Notes: generated from the sequence alone by a model not told the origin. Shown: positions 1 to 12,017, numbered from the stretch's first letter. The stretch is DNA of 64,000 nucleotides from an uncultured Planctomycetaceae bacterium (GCA_963785305.1 CAWAUV010000002.1:238705-302704); one strand, 5' to 3'. Program-made: numbers and translations.

Positions 1-3000
1 GCGACGACGACGAACTGAGCGCCGCGCAGGCTCGACCACATCGCCGCCGTGTGGCGATCGAACGTCGGCGAGGCGCCTTTGCAGTCGCGCCAGTTGGCTC
101 CCATCGAGCATTTCGACGCCACGCACGCACGGCGCGAGCGCTCGCGGCGCAAGGCGCGGGCCATGCCGGCAAGCGTGTCCGCGGGACCGGCAGTGGTGGC
201 ATTCGACGCCACGGCCGCGCGTCGCCAGCGGAATACATCCGTGGCGCCATCGGCGCCCAGCGCCCGACGATCGTGCCCTCGCCCGCGCTACCCATCGCGC
301 AGCAAACGGCGCCACCCAAGGACCCTCGCGATTCGAAAGAGTGCTTATCAACTTCGTGGTCGAGCAAACCGGATATCCACCGGAAGTCGTGCGACTCGAC
401 GCCGACCTCGAGGCGGACCTGGGGATCGACAGCATCAAGAAAGCGCAGCTCTTTGGCGAGCTGCGCGAGCAATTCGAATTGCGCCCCACGGGGCAGATCA
501 AACTCGCCGACTTTACGACGCTGCGCCGTATCAGCGAATTCCTCGAAGCTTCAAGTTCGCCGCCGAATGTCGAACAATCGGCGATTGAAGTCGTCGCGCG
601 GCTAGCGCCCGAGCAGGCCGCCGCCCCTGGCGCGCCGGCGACCGTGTTGCCGGATCGGCTCGGGGCGCAGCTTGTCGAATTCGTGGTCGAACAAACCGGC
701 TACCCGCCGGAAGTCGTGCGCTTCGAAGCCGATTTGGAAGCCGATCTCGGGATCGACAGTATCAAAAAGGCGCAACTTTTCGGCGAACTTCGCGAGCAAT
801 ACGCGCTAACGCCGCGGCCTGGACTCAAGCTTGGCGACTTCCCGACGTTGGGACATATTCTCGCCTATCTCAAATCGCAATTGGCCGAGCGCAACGCGCT
901 GACGGCTTCGGCGGAGTTCACGAGTCCGAAGCCGGGCGCCGATCAGGGGGCCGCGAATGGCATCGCCAACGGCGCCATGAATGGCAATGCGAATCGTGCC
1001 GTACATCGCGCTCCGCCGTCGCCCGTGGTGCATGTTCCGCCGCGCGTCAACCAAGCCTTGTCCGAAGAGCTGCGGCCGCTCATGGGCAAGCGGGTGCTCG
1101 AACTGTCGGGCTCGCCCTACGAAATGGGGCGCCAACATGGCATCGCCATGTCGGGCGACATGCGGCGGCTCTTCCGGCGCATCGTCGAAGCATCAAGTCC
1201 CTGGAGGCCCGGCTTTGAACTGCCCAATTTGGAAACGGCGGCCCACTATCTCGGTCCCGCGGAGATCGAAGAACTGCAAGGCATCGCCGACGGAGCGCGA
1301 GTCGATCTGGCCAATGTGCTCGCGCACAATCTCTCGCTCGCGCCCGACTACGCGGCGGGATGCACGCAGTTTGCCATCTCGGCCGCCGAGAACCACGGCG
1401 AGCTGTTGCATGGAGTGAATGAAGACGCGCCGCTCGCATTGCGAGCCCCCTTGGCTTTGACGCGGGTCGTGCAAAGTCGCCGACCGCGGGGGGCGATGGC
1501 CTATGTCACTTTCAGCATCGCCGGGCAATTCGGCGGGTTCAATGGCATGAATTCGAGCGGCTTGGCGGTCAGCAGCACCCTGCTGCTCGATCGGCCCGCG
1601 CCGGAGCTGCCCGCCGTGGGACTCGTGCATGCGGCGGTCGTGAAGAGCGTGCTCGAGAGCGCGACCGATATCGAGAGCGCGATTTCGCTGGTGCGCGGCT
1701 GCCGGCGGCTTGGGGCTTGGAGCATGTGCCTGAGCCACCATGCCAACGACCGCATTTGCTATCTCGAATACGACCGCGACCAGGTTTGGGTGAACGACAA
1801 CGCGCGCCGCGTGTTCTCGACCAACCACAGCCTGCTCGGCCAGCGGACCACGACGCCTCCCGAACATTCGGCTCATCGCTTGGCTCGGCTCGAAGCGTTG
1901 CTCGGCTCGACGCCGGTGACGCTCGAAGCCGCTCGAAGCGCCCTGCGCGATCGGCACGATGGCGGCCGCGGACGCGTCACGCCGCACGCCACCATGAACA
2001 CCGTGTGCCGGGTCGACAATCAAGTCAGCATCGTCATGCGCCCAGCGGCCGGCGAGATTTGGGCCACGGCCGGCGCATCGGCCGGCGGCGCTGCCGATCA
2101 CTTCTTCCTGGCGCCGTTTCCAGGGGAGATGCAAACGGCCGCGCCGAGCCCGGCAAACATTTCGCCCATCTTGGAGGGAGTTCCAAACGCGCCACCTTCC
2201 CCGGCCACGCCCAATCCGCGGGCCGAGGCATCGGGCGCCGCCTCGCTCGCGATCGCGTCGCGCGTATATCCTGCGCATGGCCGACAAACCGCTCGCCCCG
2301 CATCCTAGTTCGACACCCGTCTTTTGCGGCGCGGCGATTCTGGTGGGCGATAATCCGCTCGTCGGCGAGCTCACGAGCTTACTCGAGCGACACGGAGTGC
2401 GCGTGTTTACGATGCTCGACTCCGGCGATCCCGACCGCGCGGTGGCCGAGCTCGACCGGCTATGGAGCATCGCGCCCGCGCCGCATTTGTTCCTGCTCTC
2501 GCCACGCGACCGGCAAGCCGTCACCACACTCGACGCCGAGCACTGGCAAGCGCGTCAAACAGCCGGAGTGCTCACACCCTATTTTCTCTGCCAGCGGTGG
2601 ATGCAATTCGTCGCCGATTGCGGCTGGATGGACCGGGCTTCGCTCGTGGCGGCCACTTCTCTCGGCGGCGACTTTGGTTTCTCGGGCCAAGTCACGAGTG
2701 TCGAAAGTGGCGCCCTGGCCGGACTGCTTAAGTCGATGGCGATCGAAAACTGGGTCGCGGGCCATCGAGCCATTCCGGTCAAGATCGTCGACACGCCGGC
2801 CGATCAACCTCCGGCCGATGTCGCAAGGCGCATGCTCGATGAACTCGCGGCCAGCAGCTACGACATGGAAATCGGTTACCCGGCCGGTCGCCGCGCCACT
2901 CCGCGGGCGATCGCCGCTCCACTCGACCCGCTTAATCGGTGTCCGATCGAGCGCGATAGCGTGTGGGTTTGCACCGGCGGCGCGCGCGGCATCACCGCCT

Positions 3001-4718
3001 ATGTGGCGACGGAGTTGGGCGCAGCGTTATGGTCTGCGACTGCATTTGCTCGGAACCGCGCCCGCGCCGGCCATTCCCCCGGAGTGGCGCAATTTCTCGC
3101 CAGCCGAACTCAAGCGACTGCGCGGCGAAATATCGCTGCGGGCCCGGCAAGAGAATCGCGACCCGCTCGAAGCGTGGCGCGATGTTGAAAAAGCGATCGA
3201 AATCGACGCTACGCTCCGCGCCCTCGCGGCTCGCGGAGTGCGAGCCACCTACCACTCCTGCGATGTGTCGAACCGGCAATCGCTGGCCAGCACGCTCGAC
3301 AAAGTCCGCGCAGCTCGATGGCCCGATCGATGGCGTGCTCCACGGCGCCGGCTATGGCAAGGATATGCGGTTCGATCGCAAGCAGCGCGATAAAGTCGAG
3401 CAGTGCATTCGCGCCAAGACCGATGGCGCCGCGGCGCTCATGGAGCTCACGGCGGGTGATCCCTTGCGGTGGTTCGCGGCTTTCGGCTCGATCAGCGGTC
3501 GCTTCGGCGCCAACGGCCACACCGACTACTCGCTGGCCAACGACATGCTCGCCAAGCAGGTTTCCTGGTTCCGTCGCCAGCGGCCCAAGTGCGCGGCGGT
3601 GGCATTTCATTGGCATGCCTGGGGCGACGTGGGCATGGCCACGAAGCCGGAAACCAAGCTGGCGCTTGAATTGATCGGCATGCAGTTCATGCCGGCTCGC
3701 GAAGGCTTGGAACATTTGATCGCGGAGCTCGAAGCCGGCACTCCCGAGGGCGAAGTGCTGATCACCGATGATCGCTACTACCGTCTGTTCTTTCATGCCG
3801 AAACGCTCGCCCGCGCCGGCGGGCCGGCCCAAGCGGCGCCGGCGCTGATCGCCGAAGTCGATGTGCGGCGCAAGGCGCATCGCATCGCGGCGAACGTGCC
3901 GCTCGATCCGACCAAGGAGCCATTTCTCCTCGATCATCGCCTTGGCGGCCGGCAACTCTTGCCGGTGGCGGTCAGTCTCGAACTATTGGCGGAAGCGGCG
4001 CTGCTTGTCTCGGAAGGCAATCGAACCGCCGAATTTCGCAATGTCGACATCGTGAACGGTTTTAAGTTTCACACCGATGATCCGCGTTTGGTGCATGTGA
4101 CAGCCGACGCGCTCCACGGCGCCATGGCCCGTTGTCGACTCAGCGCCGATGTGCTCACGCGCGACGGGCAACTCGTCGCGCCCGACCGTGCCTTGCTTAC
4201 CGGCGACGTAATGTTTCGCGAAGCCAGTGCTGCATCGCGAGGCGAAGCGCCGGGCGACGACCTCTGGCGCCAAGCGCCGGACACGGGTTGGACCCGGGTC
4301 GCGTATCCGGAAGCCGAGGCGATGTTCTTTGTCGGACCTTCGCTCCGCTGTTTGCGGCGGATTCGCGTCGAACCGAATCGTATCTGGGGCAAGATCATCG
4401 CTCCGGCGCTGGTGGAACTGGCCGGCCCCAAACGGCGGGTCGAGGGCTGGCAGGTTCCGAGCGCGCTGGTCGACGCATGTCTCCACGCCGTGGGCACGCT
4501 GGCCGCGATCCAACACGCTCCCGGCATGTCGCTGCCGCGCTACTTCGAGCGACTCGCGCTCGGCAGCCTGCCCCAGCCAGGAGAAATGTGCTTGGCGCGG
4601 GCCACGCTACGAGCCACCGCCGGCAACGAAGCCACTTATGATTTTCATGTCGTCGGCGGCGATGGGCGGCATGCTGCTCGAAGCGAGTGGATATCGCGTC
4701 GCGCGGATCGGGGGTTAG
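1..4718 (+). CDS. Type I PfaA-like polyketide/fatty acid synthase, 3' part (linker-ACP-ACP-C45 Ntn acyltransferase-KR-DH); 5'-truncated by the window edge, several single-base frameshifts
   Basis: Two ACPs (EQTGYP..LEADLGIDSIKK). C45 motifs GSPYEMGRQHG, AG-CTQF, HGVNED, GMNSSGL, STNH. KR motifs TGGARGIT, GVLHGAG, HTDYSLAN. DH motifs DHRLGGRQLLP, DACLH. Pieces lie in ORFs 49, 341, 2277, 1717, 2963 and 4227, joined by shifts near 260, 331, 2263, 3020, 3312 and 4665. Confidence 0.88.
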
Positions 4719-4724
4719 GCGATC

Positions 4725-6006
4725 ATGTACCACAGTTCCACCCGACTTCCGCATCTCGCTCCGCCGGCTTGGTACCACGCGCCGGAGCACTACGAGCGCG
4801 AGTTGGCGACATTGTTCGTGCCAGGCTGGACCCTGGTGGCGACGCGCGACGATTTGGCGCGCCCCGGCGATTTCCTCACCACGGTTCTCCATGGTCGGCC
4901 GGTGCAAGTGCGCAATGTGGCGGGCGAATTGCGCGCGTATTCGAATGTGTCGCGCATCGCCATTGCCTGCTCACGAGCCAAGAGCGGGGCAACAGTCCGC
5001 GCCGCGCTGCCAATACCACGGCTGGGAATACGATGCCCAGGGCCGCGCCGCCAAGATTCCGCAGCCGAAGAACTTTGTTCCTTTCGAACGCGATGCCCTG
5101 GGTTTGCCCGAGTACCGCGTCGAGTCCCGCGGCCAATTGGTGTTTGTCTCGCTCGATCCGCAAGCGCCGCCGCTTGTCAGCGCGCTCGGCCCTTGGAGCG
5201 ATCTCTGCGCCGAACGCTTCGGCCCCGGCTGGCGATGCGATTGGAAATGGACGCCCGACTATGCGGCCAACTGGAAAGTACCGGTCGAGAACTCGCTCGA
5301 GGCGTATCATGTGCCGGCAATCCATCAACGCACATTCGGCGACGATCCTGGCGAAAGCCGCGCCACGCACACGCTTGAGCCCGGCGGCACTTCCTACGAG
5401 ACCGATTTGCCCTTCTGCCCCCACAATCGGCTCGACCTCTGGTTTCAACAGTTCGAGGGCCGTTTGCTTCGCCGACTCGGAGTCGAGCCCACGCGGCGCT
5501 ATGTGCAAGCGCATGCCTTTCCCAACATGCTGTTTTCGTTTACCGACACGATCAGCCTTTGCCATGCCGTGATTCCGACATCGCCCACGACAAGCCGCGC
5601 CGTCGTGCTGCAGTTTGGCCGGGCCGACACTCAGTGGCGCTCCTGGCGCCGGGGGGTGGCTCGGGCCTGGGGACGCTTGGCGCGCGAATCACCCGCGCCA
5701 TTATGCGCGAAGATCTATCGCTCTACGCCGACATTCAACGTGGCCTTGTCGCAAGTCCGCATGCCGGCGTGCTCGGTCGCTCGGAAGAGCGGATCCATGC
5801 GTTTCATCGCTATCTGGTCGACCGGCTCGCAACGGGTTCCGAACAACTCGCCGCCGAGCCATCGCCGCCCGCGCGAATCCGAACCCCAGCGACCGTCGGT
5901 CGACTCGGCCCAGGATTGCGACCCCGCCTGTTACCGGCGGACTCTCGAATCGCGGCATGGCGTGCATTCGCAAGCCGATTTGTCGGAATCGTTCACCACT
6001 CCTTGA
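4725..6006 (+). CDS. Rieske [2Fe-2S] non-heme iron oxygenase alpha subunit (frameshifted; 3' end approximate)
   Basis: NV(C)AHRHC...RCQYHGWEY Rieske motif; ANWKVPVENSLEAYHVPAIH iron-binding motif; EDLSLYADIQRG. Shifts near 4950, 5000 and 5685. Confidence 0.88.
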
Positions 6007-6020
6007 GGGAACCGTTAACC

Positions 6021-6783
6021 ATGTTTCGCATCGATGGTCAAGTGGCCTTGGTTACCGGCGGCTCGCGCGGTATCGGGCGAGCCTGCGCGCTTCGGCTGGC
6101 GGAAGCCGGGGCCGATGTGATCGTGAACTATGTCACTTCACAATCGGCCGCCCAGCAAGTGGCCGAAAAGATTCAGCAGTTCGGCCGCCGCGCTGCCGTC
6201 GTGAAGGCCGACGTAAGCGAATGGGACGATATCCAAGCCATGATACAGTTTGCCCGCGAGCGATTCGGGCGACTGGACATTCTGGTGAGCAATGCGGCCA
6301 GCGGTGGCTTTCGCCCGCTGCTCGAAGCCAACGCGCGCCATTTCGAGGCGGCGATGAACACCAACGTGCGCTCGCTGCTCTACTTGGCCCAAGCGGCCAA
6401 GGACTTGCTCCAGCGCGAATCGGGTGCTGGCGCGTGATCGCGCTATCGAGCCACGGCTCGCATCGCCCGCTACCGGCCTATGGCCTGATCGGCGCCTCGA
6501 AGGCGGCACTCGAGAGCGTGGTGCGACAACTGGCTTTCGAAATGGCGCGCATGGCGTGAACTGCAATGTCGTGCTCGCCGGACTCACGCCCACCGACTCG
6601 ACCCGGGCGCTGCCAGGAGCCGAAGCGATTTTCGCCGGCGCCAAGGCAAAGTCGCTCGTCGGCGGTCGGCTGCTCACGCCGGAAGATGTCGCCAATGCGG
6701 TGCTGTTTCTCGCCAGCCCGCTCGCTGAATTGGTGCAGGGCCAAACACTGATTGTCGATGGCGGCGAGGGGATTTGCCCCTAG
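6021..6783 (+). CDS. SDR, FabL-like enoyl-ACP reductase (frameshifted near 6425 and 6548)
   Basis: TGGSRGIG; LDILVSNAASGGFRP (NAASG is typical of FabL); YGLIGASKAALE; GQTLIVDGG; RBS-like GAGGG upstream. Confidence 0.8.
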
Positions 6784-6846
6784 TCCAACGATTTCCAACG
6801 AATCAACGTGGCTCCGCCGGGGCGCCGCGATTGGAGAGTCAACGCC

Positions 6847-8271
6847 ATGCCACGCACCGCCGAAGACGCCGCGCTTTCGCCGCTTGGTTCCGACGCGACC
6901 GAGGCCGCTTCGCCTCGGCGGACCCTCGAACAGTTTTGGCCGGCGCCGCTCACGGCGATCGAATGGTTCATGGTCGCCTCGGAAGAACCCGGCTATCCGC
7001 TCACATTCTTCAGCGACTTCGTGTTCCAAGGCATTCTGCGCCGGCCCGAGTTCGAGGAGGCCCTGCGGGTGACACTCGAGCGTCATCCGCTCGCGATCTC
7101 GCGATTGGAGCGCAATCCGGCCGGCGGCTTGGCCTGGGTCGATGGCCGCGACACGCCGACCACGATCGATTGGGCATCCGCCGGGGCGCCGCTCGAACCC
7201 GCGCCGGCGATCGATCTCGAGCGCGAGACCGGAGTGCGCGCTTGGGTGCGAGTGGGTAATGGGAAGACATGGCTCCGATTCGAAACGCATCATGCGGTGA
7301 GCGACGGGCATGGCGGCATGCGTTTTCTCGAGGACTTGCTCGTCGCCTACGCCGCGATCCACGCCGGACGCTCGCCCGAGGAAACACTTTCGCCGATCGA
7401 CTCGCGCCGGCTCGCGCGGCGCGGCGCGTTCGATACTCTCGCCGGCGCCGAGCCTTGGCAAGCAGTGGTCGCGCGGGTCATGCGCCATGCGTCGGAATAT
7501 CTTGGCGTTCGCCCTCGACCGCTGGCAGGCTCCGGGCCGCCGGCGTCGCGATCAAGCCTCGCCCCCGCGATGCTCACGCACTCGTTCGACGAAGCCCGGT
7601 CGAGCTCCGTGCGCACGGCGATCGCCCGCGAGCCCGGCACCCTCAACGACCACGCGCTCGCGATCGCGCTTCGTCTTCTGGCCGCGTGGAACGAGCGACA
7701 TGACCCGAGGGCCGATCAGGGACGCCTGCGAGTGCTCGTGCCGGTCGATCTGCGCGGACCCGGCGACGAACGGATGCCCGCGGCCAATGTGCTGACGTTT
7801 TCGTTCGTCACGCGCCGCGCCGTCGATTGTCAAAACACGTCCGCGCTGTGCGCCGGTCTCACGGCGGAGATGGCGCTGATTCAGCGCGAGCGGTTGGGCA
7901 CCGCGTTTTTGCACGCCATGGCGGGTCTGCGTCTTGTTCCGGGCGCGCTGTCGCTTATCACGCGTTCGACGAGTTGCCAAGCCACGGCCGTGCTTTCGAA
8001 CGTGGGCGATCCCACCCGGCGGTTTCAAGCACGGCTGCCGCGCGAGCAGGGAAGGCTCATGGTGGGCGATCTGCGGCTCGAATCGATCACGGCCGCTCCG
8101 CCCTTGCGCCGCGGAACACGCGCCGCTTTTCTGATCTCGGCCTACGCCGGTCGCATCGTGCTCAGCCTGCGCACCGATCCGCGGTTCATCTCGCCCGACG
8201 ACGCCCAGTCGCTCATGCGCGGCTTCGTGGAAGGCTGGCGCGAACTGTGCGGCCCGAGCGACGTCGGCTAG
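6847..8271 (+). CDS. Stand-alone condensation-domain / PapA-like acyltransferase
   Basis: HHAVSDG (HHxxxDG) motif, RHPL, VPVDLR, LSNVG. Confidence 0.75.
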   Translation: MPRTAEDAALSPLGSDATEAASPRRTLEQFWPAPLTAIEWFMVASEEPGYPLTFFSDFVFQGILRRPEFEEALRVTLERHPLAISRLERNPAGGLAWVDGRDTPTTIDWASAGAPLEPAPAIDLERETGVRAWVRVGNGKTWLRFETHHAVSDGHGGMRFLEDLLVAYAAIHAGRSPEETLSPIDSRRLARRGAFDTLAGAEPWQAVVARVMRHASEYLGVRPRPLAGSGPPASRSSLAPAMLTHSFDEARSSSVRTAIAREPGTLNDHALAIALRLLAAWNERHDPRADQGRLRVLVPVDLRGPGDERMPAANVLTFSFVTRRAVDCQNTSALCAGLTAEMALIQRERLGTAFLHAMAGLRLVPGALSLITRSTSCQATAVLSNVGDPTRRFQARLPREQGRLMVGDLRLESITAAPPLRRGTRAAFLISAYAGRIVLSLRTDPRFISPDDAQSLMRGFVEGWRELCGPSDVG

Positions 8272-9318
8272 CCGCCGACGGCGACGGTCACGGGTCGCGG
8301 GAGAAATCGCTCATAGGCTTGCACGAGGCCAAGGGCGGTGTGGTCCCAAGTTCGATTCGCGAGGATATGCTCCTTGAGTTCGCCGCGCGCGGGCGCTCGC
8401 CAAGCGCCTGCGATCGTTTCGCGAATATGGCTCACGTCGTAGGGATCGACATAGTCGACCAAGGGGCCGAAATAATCGGGCGGGCCGCCTCGGCTCGTGG
8501 CCACGACCTTGGCGCCCTGCGCCGCGGCCTCGAGCGCCACCAACCCCACGCCTTCATGCACGGATGGCAAACAAAACACTCGGCAGGCCGCATAGAGCGA
8601 CTCGCGCACCGCGGCCGGCTGAAAGCCGAACAGCTTCACGCTCGGAAAACGCTGGGCGAGCGACTGAATTCGGTCGAGCGTCGGTCCCGGTTCGGCGAAG
8701 CCGGCAATCACCAGCGGGAGCCCCAGCGGTCCGACCGCTTCGATCAACCGGCAAACGTTCTTGCGCTCGTCGCTATAACGACTGATATGCAAGAGAAATT
8801 CATCGGGCAGGTCGAGCGATGCCCGGGCCAAGGCGGGATCGGCGGGCACGGGCCGATGGATGCCGTGGAGCACGATCTCGGTTTTGTCGGACGAAATGCC
8901 CAAGCCGCGCACGACGCGTTCGCGTTCATGCTTCGAGCGACAAACCACGAGTCCGGCGGCAAGCGCTTGCCGCCGCATGACGCCGGGGATCGTTAGAATT
9001 CGATTCGGCCAAACGCAACCGACTTCGGCCGCGAGCCGGTAGCGCCAGAAGGATTCATTGCTATCGATCGCCGGCGAGAAACAAAGAAGGGGAATTCGGC
9101 TCGGAATCCGGAGACCTTCAATGGCATGGCAGCCGAGCCCGCCCAAAAAAAACTGCACCACATCGCACTGCCCCGGCTCATAGGGGCGCCAGGGATCGAG
9201 GGCGGTGAAGTCATGGCCGCGCCAAGCAGCGCTTCGCCGATCATTCGCGCGCAGCCCTCACGCCTTCGCCCGGCTGGGCAAGCGCCGTGGTCGCCTGAAT
9301 GAGAAAGCCGATCTTCAA
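8268..9318 (-). CDS. Glycosyltransferase family 4 (frameshift near 9230-9260)
   Basis: RKNVCRLIEA; FCLPSVHEGVGLVALEAAAQG (ExxGxxxxEA); reconstructed TTG start MKIGFLIQ at 9318. Confidence 0.8.
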
Positions 9319-9420
9319 GGTTATCTCGCTCGGGACTTGGTTGCGTTCGACGGGACGGGCCTCGAGCGCCACTCCGCGCCACGCCAAGCCACGAGCGAAC
9401 CCGGTCGCGCAAGGGCCGGA

Positions 9421-10477
9421 TCACACATAACTCGGCTTTTCCGTGAGCTCGCGAAAGGGCGCGATGCGGTCGCGATTGTCGTCGGCGTATTCGCAGTCCT
9501 GATCGAAGAAAATAATCCGGCTTCCGGTCGACTCGAATTTGAACGGCACATGAATCAATCGCTCGAGTCGAGTTCGCACGGCCGCTTGGCGTTCGGGCGG
9601 CACGAACAGCAGGATGAATCCGCCCCCACCCGCGCCGAGCAGCTTGCCGCCAATCGCGCCGGCGGCCAGTGCCTCTTCATAAATCCCGTCGACCGAGTCG
9701 TTCGACACGCTGGCGCTGAGCTGCCGCTTGGCGACCCAGGCTTCGTGCAAAAGTTGGCCAAAGGCGGCCAAGGGCTCGCTACCCGAGAGAACCGACATTC
9801 CCTCATCGACCAGATCGGTCATGATCCGCATTTGGCGACGACTTGGTTCGAGGTCTCGGGCAAATTCGCCCGCCACGTCGTTGGCGGTGCGTTTGATGCC
9901 GGTGAAGAACAGCATCAGGCTGGCGTTGAGCTCCGCGATTCGTTCCCGGGGAAGAATCACCGGGTGGACGACGATTTCGCCATTCGGGAGAAATCGAATC
10001 AGATTGAATCCGCCATGAGCGGCAAGTGTTTGATCTTGCGAACCGACCGCCTCGCGCAGCACGGTTTGCTCGATATGCAGCGCCTCGTCGACCAACTGCT
10101 GCTTGCCGACCATGCGCCCTTCGAGCGCGTGCAATCCATTGAGCAGACCGACGGTAAACGACGAGCTCGAGCCGATGCCGCTGCGCGGGCAGGTCGGCGT
10201 CGTGATGAATCTCCATGCCGTGGCGAACTTGCAAATAACGCAGCGATTCGCGCACCGAGGGATGCTGAATTTCGTCGATCGTTTGTCGGTTTTCCATCTT
10301 CGAATACACCACCCGATAGCGATGCTCGAAGAAGGGCGGCAAGCGGCGAAGCGAGATATAGCAATATTTGTCGATGGTCGTGGCCAGCACCATGCCGCCA
10401 TGCTTGCGATACCAGGCCGGATAATCGGTTCCCCCGCCGAGAAACGAGATGCGAAAGGGAGTGCGGCTGATGATCAT
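9421..10477 (-). CDS. hddA: D-glycero-alpha-D-manno-heptose-7-phosphate kinase (GHMP family; frameshift near 10185)
   Basis: MIISRTPFRISFLGGGTDYP; (P)ARSGIGSSS; GSQDQ; GGKLLGAGGGGF. Confidence 0.88.
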
Positions 10478-10538
10478 GGCCCGTTAGCCTCGCGTTCGTG
10501 AATCCAATAAAATGAATCGAGCGCCGCGGAGCCCTTCG

Positions 10539-11102
10539 TTAGCCGCGCTCCGCGGCGGCGCCCAAGAGGCTCTCCACGACCCGAGCGGCTTGCGACAGGT
10601 CGTCGACCGTGTAATCCGCCAGCGCATACCCGGCGGCGGCCAGTTCGACGCCGTAGCCGGTTCGCACCAGAAACGTGGTCGCGTCAGCCGCTCGCCCGAG
10701 CTCCACATCGCATGCCTTATCCCCCATGATAAAGCACTCGGCCGGCGCGAACCGGTGTTCGGCGGCGGCGCGCAGCAGCAACCCGGTCGAGGGCTTGCGG
10801 CACGCGCAGCCATCGTCGGGCAGATGGGGGCAAACATAAATTCCGTCGAGCGAAACCCCCTCGGCGGCGAGCATCTCGCTCATCCGATGGTGGATCGACT
10901 CCAAACACGCCGTGTCGAAATAACCGCGGGCCAAGCCCGATTGATTCGTCACCACGATCAATCCCAGGCCAAGCTCCGCGAGAGTTCGCATTCCAACCGC
11001 CGCGCCGGGCAGCAATTCGACCTGTTCCGGATCGGCCAGATACACACGTTCGCGAATGATGGTTCCGTCGCGATCAAGCACCGCAAACCGCCGCGAACCC
11101 AT
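10539..11102 (-). CDS. gmhB: D,D-heptose 1,7-bisphosphate phosphatase (HAD)
   Basis: LDRDGTI; VTNQSG; CPH..CACRKP; GDKACD. Confidence 0.92.
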   Translation of the reverse strand: MGSRRFAVLDRDGTIIRERVYLADPEQVELLPGAAVGMRTLAELGLGLIVVTNQSGLARGYFDTACLESIHHRMSEMLAAEGVSLDGIYVCPHLPDDGCACRKPSTGLLLRAAAEHRFAPAECFIMGDKACDVELGRAADATTFLVRTGYGVELAAAGYALADYTVDDLSQAARVVESLLGAAAERG

Positions 11103-11839
11103 CAGTCCGAGCTCCTCGAGAAAAACTCGGCCGCCGCGGCGTACGATTCCGGGGTGCCGATATCGATGAAGCGTCCCTGGCCTCGGTGGCCGAACAGACC
11201 GCGGCCGATCCAGGCCGGAAACACCTCTCTTTCCAATGATACCTCTCGATGTGGTGAAATGGAATCGAGCAGGTCGCGACCGAGCACATAAACCCCCGCA
11301 TTGATCCAGCCGGGCTCCTCGCGTTCGGATTTTTCCGCAAATTCGAGCACCCGGCCCGTGTCGTCGAGCCGCACCCGTCCATAGCGACGTGCGTCGTCGA
11401 CATGTGCCAGCAGTAGCGTGCCAGCGGCCCCATGAGCCCGATGCCAGGCCACCAACTCGGCAAGATCGGCGTCAACCGCCGAATCGCCATTGATCACCAG
11501 CACCGGGTCCGACGGTATTTTAGGCGCCGCCAATCGCAACGCGCCGCCGGTGCCCAAGGGCTGTGTCTCGCGCGAATAAATCAAGCGCAGGCCCTGGTAG
11601 CTGGCGCCGAAAGCATTCTCGATCTGCTCCGCGCGGTAGCCGGTGCAGAGCGCCACGTCGACAATCCCCGCCGCCGCGAGCCGATCCAGCAGCCAAGCCA
11701 AGAACGGCCGGCCGCCGATCTCGGCCAGCGCCTTCGGCCGATCGGAGACCGCCGATTGAAGTCGAGTTCCCTTGCCGCCGGCAAGAATCGCGGCGGTGAT
11801 GTTCTTCAATTCGCTCGGCGGCGGCAGGATCGTTGGCAT
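11102..11839 (-). CDS. hddC: Sugar-1-phosphate nucleotidyltransferase, probable heptose-1-phosphate guanylyltransferase
   Basis: ILAGGKGTRL..DRPK; PLGTGGA; INGD; INAGVY; SLERE; FIDIGTPE; coupled to gmhB-hddA. Confidence 0.82.
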   Translation of the reverse strand: MPTILPPPSELKNITAAILAGGKGTRLQSAVSDRPKALAEIGGRPFLAWLLDRLAAAGIVDVALCTGYRAEQIENAFGASYQGLRLIYSRETQPLGTGGALRLAAPKIPSDPVLVINGDSAVDADLAELVAWHRAHGAAGTLLLAHVDDARRYGRVRLDDTGRVLEFAEKSEREEPGWINAGVYVLGRDLLDSISPHREVSLEREVFPAWIGRGLFGHRGQGRFIDIGTPESYAAAAEFFSRSSD

Positions 11840-12017
11840 AAGGCGCGGCATTCCTATCCTCGAATTGTCTAAAAGTCCGCGAGCATCACGCGCCAGACGG
11901 CGAGCCGTCCCTATTCGCCCGAGAATCGCGGCGATAAAATAATGCGGCGCCGCGGCGAGACACCCGCTTCGATCGCACTTATCATAACAACGTTCACGCA
12001 TCGCCGGAATCAATGCC

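Noticed and set aside
5559..6437. Apparent Rieske-FabL fusion in one ORF
   Set aside because: There is an RBS-like GAGGG before ATG 6021 and a stop at 6006 in the adjacent frame. One more indel near 5870 explains the read-through.
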